Of a stretch of 64,000 nt of DNA, positions 1 through 11,668 are shown piece after piece. Source of the DNA: Camelus dromedarius. Lineage: Eukaryota. The stretch is taken from assembly GCF_036321535.1 (NCBI RefSeq), contig NC_087437.1, positions 85,376,001 through 85,440,000 on the forward strand, given 5' to 3'. Numbering within the stretch: the first letter of the stretch is position 1; every line of letters begins with the position of its first letter. The notes under the pieces were generated by a model. The model did no database searches and was not told the DNA's origin. It worked only from the letters and a program-made list of their open reading frames with translations. The position numbers were made by a program, and so were the translations under genes.

Positions 1-560
1 ACTACAAGAGAAGCAAATAAAAAATAATGAAAATAGCATAGGGGACCTATGGGATAATATAAAGCGTCCCAATCTTCGCATAATAGGGGTCCCAGAAGGA
101 GAAGAAAGATCAAAGGGGATTGAAAAGGTTTTTGAAGAAATCATGACTGAAAACTTCCCAAACTTGGAATCAGATATCTGAGTACAGGAAGCTCAGAGGG
201 TCCCAAACAGGAAGAACCCAAATAGACCCACACCAAGACATACCATAATCAAGATGGCCAGAGTCAAGGATAAAGAAATGATTCTAAAGGCAGCAAGAGA
301 AAAGCAAAGAGTAAGTTACAAGGGAATCCCCATCAGGCTCTCAGCTGATTTCTCTACACAAACACTACAGGCCAGAAGGGAGTGGCAAGATATATTCAAA
401 GCCCTGAATGAAAAAAAGATGCAGCCTAGGATCCTTTATCCAGCAAGGCTATCCTTGAGGATAGAAGGAGAAATAAAGAGTTTCACAGACAAAAAAAAAG
501 CTGCAGGAGTTTAGCAACACTAAACCCATGCTAAAAGAAATATTGAAAGGGCTATTCTAA
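1..560 (+). pseudogene. L1 ORF1p C-terminal half, disabled
   Basis: Peptide MARVKDKEMILKAAREKQRVSYKGIPIRLSADFS...QPRILYPARLS; in-frame TGA at 179-181; +1 A in run 491-499; restored frame ends KGLF-TAA at 558-560. Confidence 0.95.
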
Positions 561-964
561 ATAGAAAAGCAGCAGGATGCTACAGAAATGAGAAACACAC
601 AGCTGGAAAGGTGATAACTCATGAATTACAAATAAAGTAAACATGAAATTATAAAAGAAGACATACAAATCACTGAGAGTGGGAGAGGGAGGCAGGGAAA
701 TATAGAATATTTTTTTCTTTCTTTTTTAAAATTTTTTAACAGTAGGATGGGTTTGAGATCATGTTACTATCAGTTTAATAAAAACAGTTCTAGTAATGGG
801 TTGATAGATTTACAAAAAAGGGTAACCACAAGCCAAAAATTTACAAAGGAGTCACAAAAATTAAATAAAACCCATGATAATACAAAGGAAAATTACCAAA
901 CCACAAAAGGAAGAAGAAAGGAACAAAGAGGATATACCAATTCAACTGCAAAGATAAGTTCAAA

Positions 965-3900
965 ATGGCAATAAACACACATCTATCATTAATTACTGTA
1001 AATGTTAATGGACTAAATGCTCCAGTCAAAAGACACAGAGTAGCAGACTGGATAATAAAGCAAGAACCTTCAATATGCTGCATACAAGAAACCCACTTTA
1101 GGGAGAAGGACACATATAGATTGAGAGTGAAAGGATGGAAAAGGATATCCCATGCAAATGGAAAAGCCAAAACAGCAGGTGTTGCAGTACTGATTTCAGA
1201 CAAAATAGACTTTAAAACAAAGGCCATAAAGAAAGATAAAGAAGGACATTTTATAATGATTAAAGGAGTGATACAAGATGAGGATATTACACTCGTTAAT
1301 ATATATGCACCCAATATAGGAGCACCTAAGTACATACAAGAATTACTAACAGAGATAAAGGGGGATATTGATGGGAATACAATCGTAGTTGGAGATTTTA
1401 ACACTGCATTAACATCACTAGACAGATCTTCCAGACAGAAAATAAACAAGGCAACAGAGAAATTAAATACTACAATAGAAAAACTAGATTTGGTGGATAT
1501 TTTCAGAGCATTACACCCCCAAAAAATAGGATATACATTCTTTTCAAGTGCACATGGAACATTCTCCAGGTTTGATCATGTACTTGGGCACAAAAGAAAC
1601 CTCAACAATTTTAAGAAGATAGAAGTTATCTCAAGCATCTTTACTGACCACAATGCCATGAAACTGGAAATCAACAACAGAGAAACAAAGGAGAAAAAAA
1701 GGAAAGCATGGAGATTAAACAATATGTTATTGAAAAAACAATGGATCAATGAGGAAATCAAAGCTGAAATTAAAAAATACCTTGAGACAAATGATAATGA
1801 AAGCACAACCACCCAAAACCTATGGGACACAGCAAAGGCAGTGCTAAGAGGGAAGTTTATAGTGATACAGGCCTTCCTCAAAAAAGAACAATCTCAAATA
1901 AACAATTTAACCCACCACCTGAATGAATTAGAAAAAGAAGAACAAAAAGCCCCAAAAAGCAGCAGAAGGAAGGACATAATAAAGATCAGAGAGGAATTAA
2001 ATACAATAGAGATTAACAAGACCATAGAAAAAAATCAACCAAACCAAAAGCTGGTTTTTTGAAAAAGTAAATAAAATCGACAAACCTCTGGCCAAACTCA
2101 CATAGAAGAAAAAAGAGAGAGCACAAATTAGCAAAATAAGAAAGGAAAATGGAGAAATTACAACAAACAAAATAGAAATACAGAATATCATACAAGAATA
2201 TTATGAAAAACTATATGGAACCAAACTGGATAACCTAGAGGAGATGGACAAGCTTCTGGAAACATACTGTCCACCAAAACTGAATCAAGAAGAATCTGAA
2301 CACTTGAACAATCCGATCACTAGAAAGGAAATAGAAATAGCAATTAAAAACCTCCCTACAAATAAAAGTCCAAGACCGGACGGCTTCACCGGGGAATTCT
2401 ACCAAACATACAAAGAACTCATACCAGTCCTTCTCAAACTCTTCCAGATGATTGAAAAGGAGGGAATACTCCCAAACTCATTCTATGAAGCCACCATCAC
2501 CCTGATACCAAAACCAGGCAAAGACGCTCCAAAAAAAGAGAATTATAGGCCAATATCACTGATGAACATAAACGCCAAAATCCTCACCAAAATTTTAGCA
2601 AATAGAATCCAACAACACATAAAAAAGATTATACATCATGACCAAGTGGGGTTCATCCCAGGGACACAAGGCTGGTTCAACATATGCAAATCAATCAGTG
2701 TAATACATCACATCAACAAGAGAAAGGACAAAAACCACATGATCATCTCAATCGATGCAGAAAAAGCATTTGATAAAATTCAACACCCATTTATGATAAA
2801 AACTCTCGCCAAAGTGAGTATAGAGGGAACATATCTCAACATAATAAAAGCTATATATGACAAACCTACAGCCAGCATAGTACTCAACGGGGAAAAACTC
2901 AAAAGCTTCCCACTAAAATCTGGGACAAGACAAGGATGCCCACTATCACCACTCCTATTCAACATAGTCCTGGAAGTCCTAGCCACAGCAGTCAGGCAAG
3001 AGAAAGAAATAAAAGGGATCCAAATTGGAAAAGAAGAGGTAAAAGTGTCATTATATGCTGATGACATGTTACTATATATAGAAAACCCTAAAAGGTCCAC
3101 ACAAAAGCTACTAGAGCTGATTGAAGAATTCAGCAAGGTAGCAGGTTACAAAATTAACGTTCAAAAATCAGTTGCATTTCTTTACACTAATGATAAATCA
3201 ACAGAAGAAGAAAGTAAAGAAACAATCCCCTTTAAAATGGCATCCAAAGTAATAAAATATCTGGGAATAAATCTAACCAAGGAGGTGAAAGAATTATACA
3301 CAGAAAACTAGAAACCATTGATGAAGGAAATTAAAGAAGACTTTAAAAAATGGAAAGATATTCCATGCTCTTGGATTGGAAGAATCAATATTGTTAAAAT
3401 GGTCACACTGTCCAAGGCAATCTACAGATTTAATGCAATCCCTATCCAATTACCCAGGACATATTTCACAGAACTAGAAAAAATCATAATAAAATTCATA
3501 TGGAACCATCAAAGACCTAGAATTGCCAAAGCATTACTGAAGAGAAAGAAAGAGGCTGGAGGAATAACTCTCCCAGACTTCAGACAATACTATAGAGCTA
3601 CAGTCATCAAGACAGCATGGTATTGGTACCAAAACAGACATATAGACCAATGGAACAGAATAGAGAGCCCAGAAATGAACCCACAAACTTTTGGTCAACT
3701 CATCTTTGACAAAGGAGGCAAGAATATACATTGGAATAAAGACAGTCTCTTCAGCAAATGGTGTTGGGAAAACTGGACAGCAGCATGTAAAACAATGAAG
3801 CTAGAACACTCCCTTACACCATATACAAAAATCAACTCAAAATGGATTAAAGACTTAAACATAAGACAAGATACAATAAACCTCCCAGAGGAAAACATAG

Positions 3901-4757
3901 GCAAAACATTATCTGACATACATGTCAAAAATTTTCTCCTAGAAGAAATAAAAGCAAGAATAAACAAATGGGACCTAATGAAACTTACAAGCTTCTGCAC
4001 AGCAAAGGAAACCAGAAATAAAACAAGAAGAAAACCTACGGAATGGGAGAAAATTTTTGCAAGTGAAACCGACAAAGGCTTGATCTCCAGAATATATAAG
4101 CAGCTCATATGACTCAATAAGAAAAAAATAAACAACCCAATCCAAAAATGGGCAGAAGACCTAAACAAGCAATTCTCCAAGGAAGACATACAAATGATCA
4201 AAAAGCACATGAAAGAATGCTCAATATCACTAATTATCAGAGAAATGCAAATCAAAACTACAATGAGGTATCACCTCACACCAGTCAGAATGGCCGTCAT
4301 TCAAAAATCCACAAATGACAAATGCTGGAGAGGCTGTGGAGAAAGGGGAACCCTCCTACACTGCTGGTGGGAATGCAGTTTGGTGCAGCCACTATGGAAA
4401 ACAGTGTGGAGATTCCTCAAAAGACTAGGAATAGACTTACCATATGACCCAGGAATCCCACTCCTGGGCTTGTGTCCAGAAGGAAATCTACTTCAGGATG
4501 ACACCTGCACCCCAATGTTCATAGCAGCACTATTTACAATAGCCAAAACATGGAAACAGCCTAAATGTCCATCAACAGGTGACTGGATAAAGAAGAGGTG
4601 GTATATTTATACAATGGAATACTACTCAGCCATAAAAACCGACAACATAATGCCATTTGCAGCAACATGGATGCTCCTGGAGAATGTCATTCTAAGTGAA
4701 GTAAGCCAGAAAGAGAAAGAAAAATACCATATGAGATCGCTCATATGTGGAATCTAA
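965..4757 (+). pseudogene. L1 ORF2p (APE endonuclease, reverse transcriptase, Cys-rich C-terminus), disabled
   Basis: EN motifs NVNGLN, CCIQETH, GDFN, TDHNAM; RT motifs YRPISL, QGCPLSP, YADD; C-terminal [18 protein letters not shown]; +1 frameshift in A-run 2028-2034 and stops at 2103, 3309 and 4110. Confidence 0.97.
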
Positions 4758-5127
4758 AAAACAAAAACAAAAACAAACAAAAACAAAGCGTAAATAAAGG
4801 ACAGAAATAGACTCACAGACAGAGAATACAGACTTGTGGTTACCAGGGTGGTGGAGGGTGGGAAGGGATAGACTGGGATTTCAAAATTGTAGAATAGACT
4901 ACACTGTATAGCACAGGGAAATATACACAAAATGTTATAATAACTCACAGAGAAAAAAATGTGACAATGAGTGTGTATATGTCCATGAATAACTGAAAAA
5001 TTGTGCTGAACACTGGAATTTGACACAACATTGTAAAATGATTATAAATCAATAAAAAATGTTAAAAAAAATAATTTCTGCACCTAGAATGGAACAATTT
5101 CAATAATATAATTTACTTAATTCATAC

Positions 5128-5187
5128 CACTCAAGTTTAGAAAAAATTTTTTCCATGAATGAAAGGCCATTGCTGCTCATCTCTGGC
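5128..5187 (-). pseudogene. Candidate 60-nt exon (phase 2 to 2) of the cryptic gene: PEMSSNGLSFMEKIFSKLE
   Basis: Acceptor ttcttatactttttgaag|G, donor GTG|gtatga, open frame. Confidence 0.6.
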
Positions 5188-5401
5188 CTTCAAAAAGTAT
5201 AAGAATACATCTTATCCTCATAGGCCACAAAATATTTTCAGTTGAATTTTAGCAGCTACACATTCATTTATCATCCAAGAAGTGTTTAAGTAAATAAGAA
5301 GTGAGACGTGTGCTGGACTAAGGAACCTACTATAATCTGTTCAGTATATTATTATCACCTTTTCTGTATACCCATTGTGTGATCTTAAAATAGTGTAATA
5401 A

Positions 5402-6985
5402 GTGATGTCAGCATCATGGCAGAATGAGATGTTCTCTTTCCCTTCAAACTACAACCAGTTAAACATCCATAACTTAACAAAGATTTCTCTGCCTCTATAC
5501 ATCAGGATGCTAGAGAGCTCCACGCATCTACAGGTTGGTGGACTGGAACGCATAAAGGAGGCAGCATTGGTGGCACAGCAGAGGAAGGATCCATGATTCT
5601 GGTCTCCTGGCCATGGCAGCTGAACCTGCAGCCCTGGAGAACCATGTAGCAGCAGGGGAGGTGACACACACAACTCTGGCTTCCCAGCTTCCATGGCGTC
5701 TGTTGCCACAGGAAATTGGGCAGCAGTGGCAGTGGGGCATGGAAATGCCCTCTTCAGCTGTTGAGGCACCTAGGACTCTAGACCCCCTCCCACAGTGGTG
5801 ATGCCTGCAAAATTGACAAACCCAGATGTAGCAAAGGTGACCATCCCTTCAGGACACCCCCACCCACACTCCCATTCCCACTGCATTGGAAGAGCCCACA
5901 ACCAAGGCAAACTCAGATGGGATGAAGACCCCTATTATCCTGGTGCCCCAGGCAATGATGCCTGCAATAGCAACAACATAAACAGCAGCAAGGCATCAGT
6001 GACCCTGGAGGCATAAGCAGAAACAATGGAGGCACCAGGCAACCCCTCTGACAGAGGCGATGGAAGGTGCAAAGTGTCAATTCTCAAATATAGCCAGAGG
6101 CAGCTTAGGTAAGAAAAATTAAAAAAAATATGCTATAGAACAACCTACTGAAAAACAAAAGAAAGGCCTGTAATTAATAACCTGTTGAACTGTTAGAATC
6201 AAGTAAAAAAAAATCTTTACCTAAAGAAGAAATTTACTATATATCAAATACGCCAACAGAGGAACAACTTAACAAGCACCATAAAACAAACAAACAAAAA
6301 ACCTATGATAACATGGCATCACAAGGAGAAAAGGACAATTTTCCAGGAAACTTAAAGTCACAGAATATTATAATCTAACTGATAAAGAATTCAAAATAGC
6401 TGTCACAAACAAAATTGATGAGCTACAAGAAGACTCAGAGAGGTGGTTCAATGAGCTCAGAAATAAAATTAATGAACAGAAAGAATACTTTAAAAAAGAC
6501 TGGAACACTTAAAAAGAATCAAAAATAAAATCTGGAGCTGAAGAACTCAACAAATGACATAAATAACATTAGCATTGGAAACAGAGCAGACCATATGGAA
6601 CAGAGAATTTGAGATCTTGAAGACAGAAATTTAGAAATGATACAGGTAGAAGAGGAGAGAGGAATAAAATTTGAAAAAAAAAATGAATAAATTCTACAAG
6701 AGCTATTCAAATTCATTAGGAAGGGCAACATAAGTATAATGGGTATACCAGAAGAGAGGGAGAAGGGAGGAGAATTTTTTTTTTTTTAATAGCTGAGAAC
6801 TTCCCAAATGCAGGGAAGCAATTGGATATACAAATTTATAAAGCAAATAGAACATGTAACTACCTCAACACAAAAAGACCTTCTCCAAGACGTATTATAT
6901 TAAACCTATCAAAAGCCAATGACAAAGGAAAGGTTTTAAAGGCACCAGGGAAAAAAATGGCAGTAACCTACAAAGGAATTTCTGT
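5402..6985 (+). mobile_element. Older L1 5' portion (GC-richer 5'UTR plus decayed ORF1), 3'-truncated
   Basis: Start gatgtcagcatcatggc; ORF1-like sequence from ~6313, e.g. gataaagaattcaaaatagctg and gctgagaacttcccaaat. Confidence 0.85.
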
Positions 6986-7099
6986 TAATTTACTTGATTT
7001 TATTTTCATTTCCCCTTGTCATGATAAGAACAAAATAAATAGAAACAATTAGAGCAATGGTAAAAAAAAATTTATCAAAATTCCTTTTTCCAATCTTCA

Positions 7100-9245
7100 A
7101 ATATTAACCAAAGGCTTGCAAAAATCTGCCAACATCAAGGTACTTTAACTTGCGCTATTCCCAATTTTTTCTCCCCATCTCTTCAATAATATTGAAATCC
7201 AGCAGTCTTGCAACCATAATTCCAGTGAAAATATGCATTGTAACAGCCATTGGAGGAGGCAGAATGGATTTAGAGGTCTCCAAAAATCTTATCCCTTGAA
7301 AATTGTGACAATTTGGCATATCTGGAAACTCCCTGGAAGAGCTCTATTCACAAGGCTTGTCTTTGACCTTACTCAAAGCTTGCTCAGTAAGAAAAATCAT
7401 ATTCTCTGGGCATTTGCTGAAAATGATCAATAAACAATGTCTTAACATCACATATTCCTGAGCTAGTAATACTGTTAAGGCAAGCAAAAAACTGGACAAA
7501 AGTTTAACAGGAAAATCTGAGGAATGAGATGACCATAGGGATCTTTGAAAAACCCAGAGACAATTGTCCCCATCTCAATGTCCCCATTTGACTGAAAGAA
7601 AACCCCGATTAAACCCAATCTCTAACTTGTGACTGACACTGATGCACTGCACAAAGAAGTGAAATCTAAAGCAGAATTGAAAACTGCAGATCTGTTAAGG
7701 CTAAGAGACTATTAGTATATGGCATTTCAGAAAATGTTAATATAATCATTAGCTGACAAATAAACTAAGCTGAGATACAAGTTATCTCATAAAACAAGCA
7801 AAAAACCCAGAACAATAAATAGAATATAGACTTTAAATAATTAAAACAGAAAAGCCACAAAACAAATAAACAATACCACCACATCAAAGACAACAACAAA
7901 TAACAGAAAGAATAAAATTTTGGGAGGAAGAGGAACCTGATTTCTAGACTGTCTAAACTGTATTATTCAACACATTCAATTTTTAACACAAAATATTAAG
8001 TACACAGACAGAAAAACATGACTGATACACAGGCAAAAGAATAGTTGGTAAAAAAATACTTCTGAGGAATTCAGGTGTTGAACTTACTAAGAGAAGATTT
8101 AAACCAACCAGATAAACATAAATCAAAGATCTAAAAGAAGCCATGTCTAAAGAATTAAATAAAAATGTGAGAATGCTGTCTCACCAATTAAGAATAACAA
8201 TAAATCAATAGAAATTATTTTTAAAAGTCCAAATAGAAATTCTGTGGTTGAAAACACAACTAAAATGAAAAATTCACTAAAAGGATTAAATTATTTTTGA
8301 ACTGACTAAGGAATCAAACAACTTGACAGGTTAATTGAGATTATCCAGTCTGAAGAGCAGAAAGAAAAAAGAATGAAGCAAATAAACATAGACTTAGAAA
8401 CCTATAGGGCACTATCAAGTGTACCAACATATGCATAATAGGACTCTAAAGTTGAGATGAGAGAAAGAGGCAGAAAAAATATCTGAAGAAATAACGAAAG
8501 TTAAAACTTGCCAACTTTGATGAAAAATAATAATCCACACATCCAAGAAAATAAACAAATTCAGAGTAATATATACTCAAAGAGAGCCATACCTTCACAC
8601 ATCACAGTCCAACTATCACAAGCCAAAGACAGAGAAGAATCTGGAAAGCAGCCAAACAGACTGACCACCTACAAGCAAACGTCCATAAGATTAAATGCTG
8701 ATTTCAGTCAGAAACCATCGAGTCCAGAAAGCAGTAAAGTGACATATTCAAGGTGCTGAATTTAAAATAAAAGGTCAGCCAAGAGTTCAGCAAAATTATC
8801 CTTCCAAAATAAAGAAGAAATTCAGACATTCTGATTTAAAAAAAGATTTCACTAATCCTAAGGGAAACACACAAGAAAGCTAAAAAACAAACTCAGCAAA
8901 TTTGCAGGATAAAGAAGCAATATGCAAAATCACTTGCATTTCTGTACATGAATAATGAACAATGTGAACATAAAATTAAGAAAGATATTCCATTCATAAG
9001 ATCATCAAAAATAATAAAACGCTTAGGGATAAAATAAACAAAAGAAGTACGACTTTTATATTAAAATCTATGAAACATTATTGAAAGAGATTAAATAATA
9101 AATGGGAAGATAACCCATGTTTATTGATTGGAATGCTTATTATTGTTAAAATGGCCGTATTTCCCAAATTGATATTGAAATTCAACACACTCTCTGTCAA
9201 ATTTTCAACTATCTTTAGGGAAAAAAAGAAAAAGAAAAAGAAATC
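7100..9245 (+). mobile_element. Ancient L1M fragment: 5' region and ORF1 joined directly to a downstream ORF2 segment
   Basis: ORF1 remnant SIRLNADFSQK (8508-8759); from ~8855 ORF2-like sequence aaatgggaagataacccatgtttattgattggaa. Confidence 0.8.
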
Positions 9246-9249
9246 CAAT

Positions 9250-9316
9250 ACAGTGAGTAAAGACATTGTATTTTGTACATAGAATGTATAGTCCAATTGT
9301 CTGTAATATTGAGTCC
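9250..9316 (-). pseudogene. Candidate exon, 3' border uncertain: DSILQTIGLYIL...
   Basis: Strong acceptor atttctattcctatcttttatag|G; frame open up to the adjacent L1 tail; no clean phase-matched donor. Confidence 0.45.
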
Positions 9317-9849
9317 CTATAAAAGATAGGAATAGAAATATATTTTGTGAGAAACACGTATTAGTTAAAAAGCCCTAGGCTAAGAAGACCAGCTGTTTCC
9401 TTTTTTGAGAATTATGTGCACATCAAAGACAATTTATGATTACAGAAATGACATGTATTGACCCAAGTTTCAGATATCTTAATCTGGCAGTAATTTAAAG
9501 TTTAGATTTGGAGAAAGGGAGTTTGCAGGGTGAAGGATAGTAAGATGCATCCAACCTGCAGAAAGTGTGGCAAGATAAATGAAAGATAACAGAAGGATAG
9601 TTAAAGCTAATAGAAAACAGGCAGCATTTGACAATGGATAGAATAGTTTTGCTGGGAACTATGGGTACGGAAATACTCTTTGAGTTAAAAATAGGGGTGG
9701 CTTCAAGAGTGGCACTTTCATTTAGAATATAGTGATTAACTAACTACTTCATGAATACATCTGTCTGAATTCTTAACACTTTCTTTAATTGAACACTGAG
9801 TAATAAATTGCCTCCCTATATTCATATAACCATACGAATTAAGATTTTC

Positions 9850-10490
9850 TCTTTCAGTGTTTTATAGCTTGATAAAATGACACCACCATCTCTTAGTCAC
9901 CCAAGTCAGAAAACTCAAGAGTCAGTTTAGAGTTCTACTCTCTGATCTACTATCATACCAGTTCAACCTAACCCTATGTAGAATAGAGATCTGATGTCAG
10001 GCTTCCAGGTGTGGAGAAATTATAAGCACTTGACACTGCCTTAGTAAATGTCAGAAAAGATACCTTGGTGGTGTGTGCTTCCACATGGGCAAGAGAGGCA
10101 ATTTTTCATATCTGGAAAAATTAGGCAAGAAATTAATAACTATAATTGATATCCTATTAGTGATGCCAAAGACATTATCTATAGTTTATTCAAAGTTGAT
10201 CAATGAACTCTTGATTCTAGACATACCTTCATTCATTGAATTAGTAAGACTTAATGACCGGCCTCGAGGGTTGAAGCCTGAATAAGAACACAGTTTCACT
10301 GCAGATGATAATTTAATAATAGTTAACATTCATAAAATATCATCCCTCTCTCCTATCTTCATGTTTATGTTTATCTTATATACTCCAGTGAAATTGAGTA
10401 TAATTTCTGTTCCTTTTACCTTTGAATTCTGAGGGTCTAGCTCAGTGCCTGACATACAGAAGACAGTCATACTTTTTTCACTGAATATAT
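9850..10490 (+). mobile_element. Two small L2-like remnants (about 9850-9945 and 10400-10490)
   Basis: caccaccatc...ccaagtcagaaaactcaagagtca and ctagctcagtgcctgacatacagaaga resemble L2 3' sequence. Confidence 0.5.
10064..10111 (-). pseudogene. Candidate 48-nt exon: YEKLPLLPMWKHTPP (phase 2 to 2)
   Basis: Acceptor ttcttgcctaatttttccag|A, donor AAG|gtatct, open frame. Confidence 0.65.
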
Positions 10491-11268
10491 TGATAGTTAC
10501 GTACTATGTTGGAAGATTATTTTTACCTAATAAAGGAAGATTACATAATAAAAAGAAAAGGGTAAAACTTTAATTCAAAACTGTTCTAGATAGAGTTGTT
10601 AATATTTAGTAAGGCATGACTGGATTTTCTGATTTCACATACGTGGTCTGTTGTCAAGAGTGGGGAGAAAAGGAATAAATTCAAATTCATAGCTTATATA
10701 TTCAAGCAGTTCACCATGACAGCATAAATGTTAACAAGGCAAAATGTGAGTGAGAGATGAGTATTTTGACACATGACATCAGTTATGCATTTAAATATTC
10801 CATTTTTAAATCCATGACAACCATGTAAAAGCTAATTTGGATAATAAAAATTGAGTTAAATAATGACTGACTACAAAGAACAAATTTCTTATGCAAAAAG
10901 TGTTATACTATCAAAAAATAGAATATGCAAATATGAACAGAAACATATAAACCTAAGGTGATATAATATCTAATATATAGTAATATCTTTTATCAACATT
11001 CTAATAGTTAAATAATATTCACTGGGCAATACATGCTTTTGTAGCTCTATATATTTCAATGTACAAGTTATTATCAAATCACTACAAGGCAAATTAATGT
11101 TTCAATGAAATTAAATTTTATATATTGGAGAAACAAGTGTTTACAGAAAATGTAATACTGTGAAAAGAAAGGTCAATTTTTCCTCTATTACAGATAATTG
11201 TGGGTGGTGAAGGATTGTACTAAACATTCTAAAGAGAAGAAGGTACTACTAGATATAACATAGATGGG

Positions 11269-11668
11269 TGCTATGGACTGAATTGTGATGCCACTAAATT
11301 CATGTGTTATAGCCCTAATGCCCAGTAGGACTGTATTTAGAAATAGGTCTTATAATGATGCAGTAAAGTTAAGCGAGGTCATAAGAATGAGGCATTAAAC
11401 CAATGGGGCTGATGTCATTACAAACAGAGGAGAAAAGACAGGAGATACCTCTTCTGCAGAGAGCACTGAAGAAAATTCACCTGCGGACACAGGGAGAAGC
11501 AGTCATCCACAAGCCATGAAGAGATCTCTCACCAGTAACCAAATCTGCTGGCACCTTGATCTGGGACTTTTAGACTTCAAAAATCTATGGTAAAATATAT
11601 TTCTGTTGTTTAATAAGCCACCCCGTCTGTGGTACTGTTATGGCAGCCTGTGCCGATGATGCCTAACA
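11269..11668 (+). mobile_element. MLT1 (MaLR) solo LTR, MLT1A/B-like
   Basis: Start tgctatggactgaattgtg; ctgctggcaccttgatctgggac; aagccaccccgtctgtggtactgttatggcagcc. Confidence 0.9.

Larger units (their letters stand above)
1..5070 (+). mobile_element. Young LINE-1, 5' end outside window: ORF1 C-terminus, ~400-bp spacer, ORF2, 3'UTR, AATAAA and short A-tail
   Basis: Continuous L1 ORF1/ORF2 peptides; AATAAA at 5051-5056 followed by A-run to ~5070; few disabling mutations. Confidence 0.98.

Noticed and set aside
841..4255. Long minus-strand ORFs (202, 101, 118, 186 aa)
   Set aside because: Antisense shadows of A-rich L1 ORF2, a common artefact with no independent coding evidence
5402..6016. 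Overlapping ORFs in the GC-richer segment (similarly 25596-26218)
   Set aside because: They lie in L1 5'UTRs, where higher GC lengthens chance ORFs
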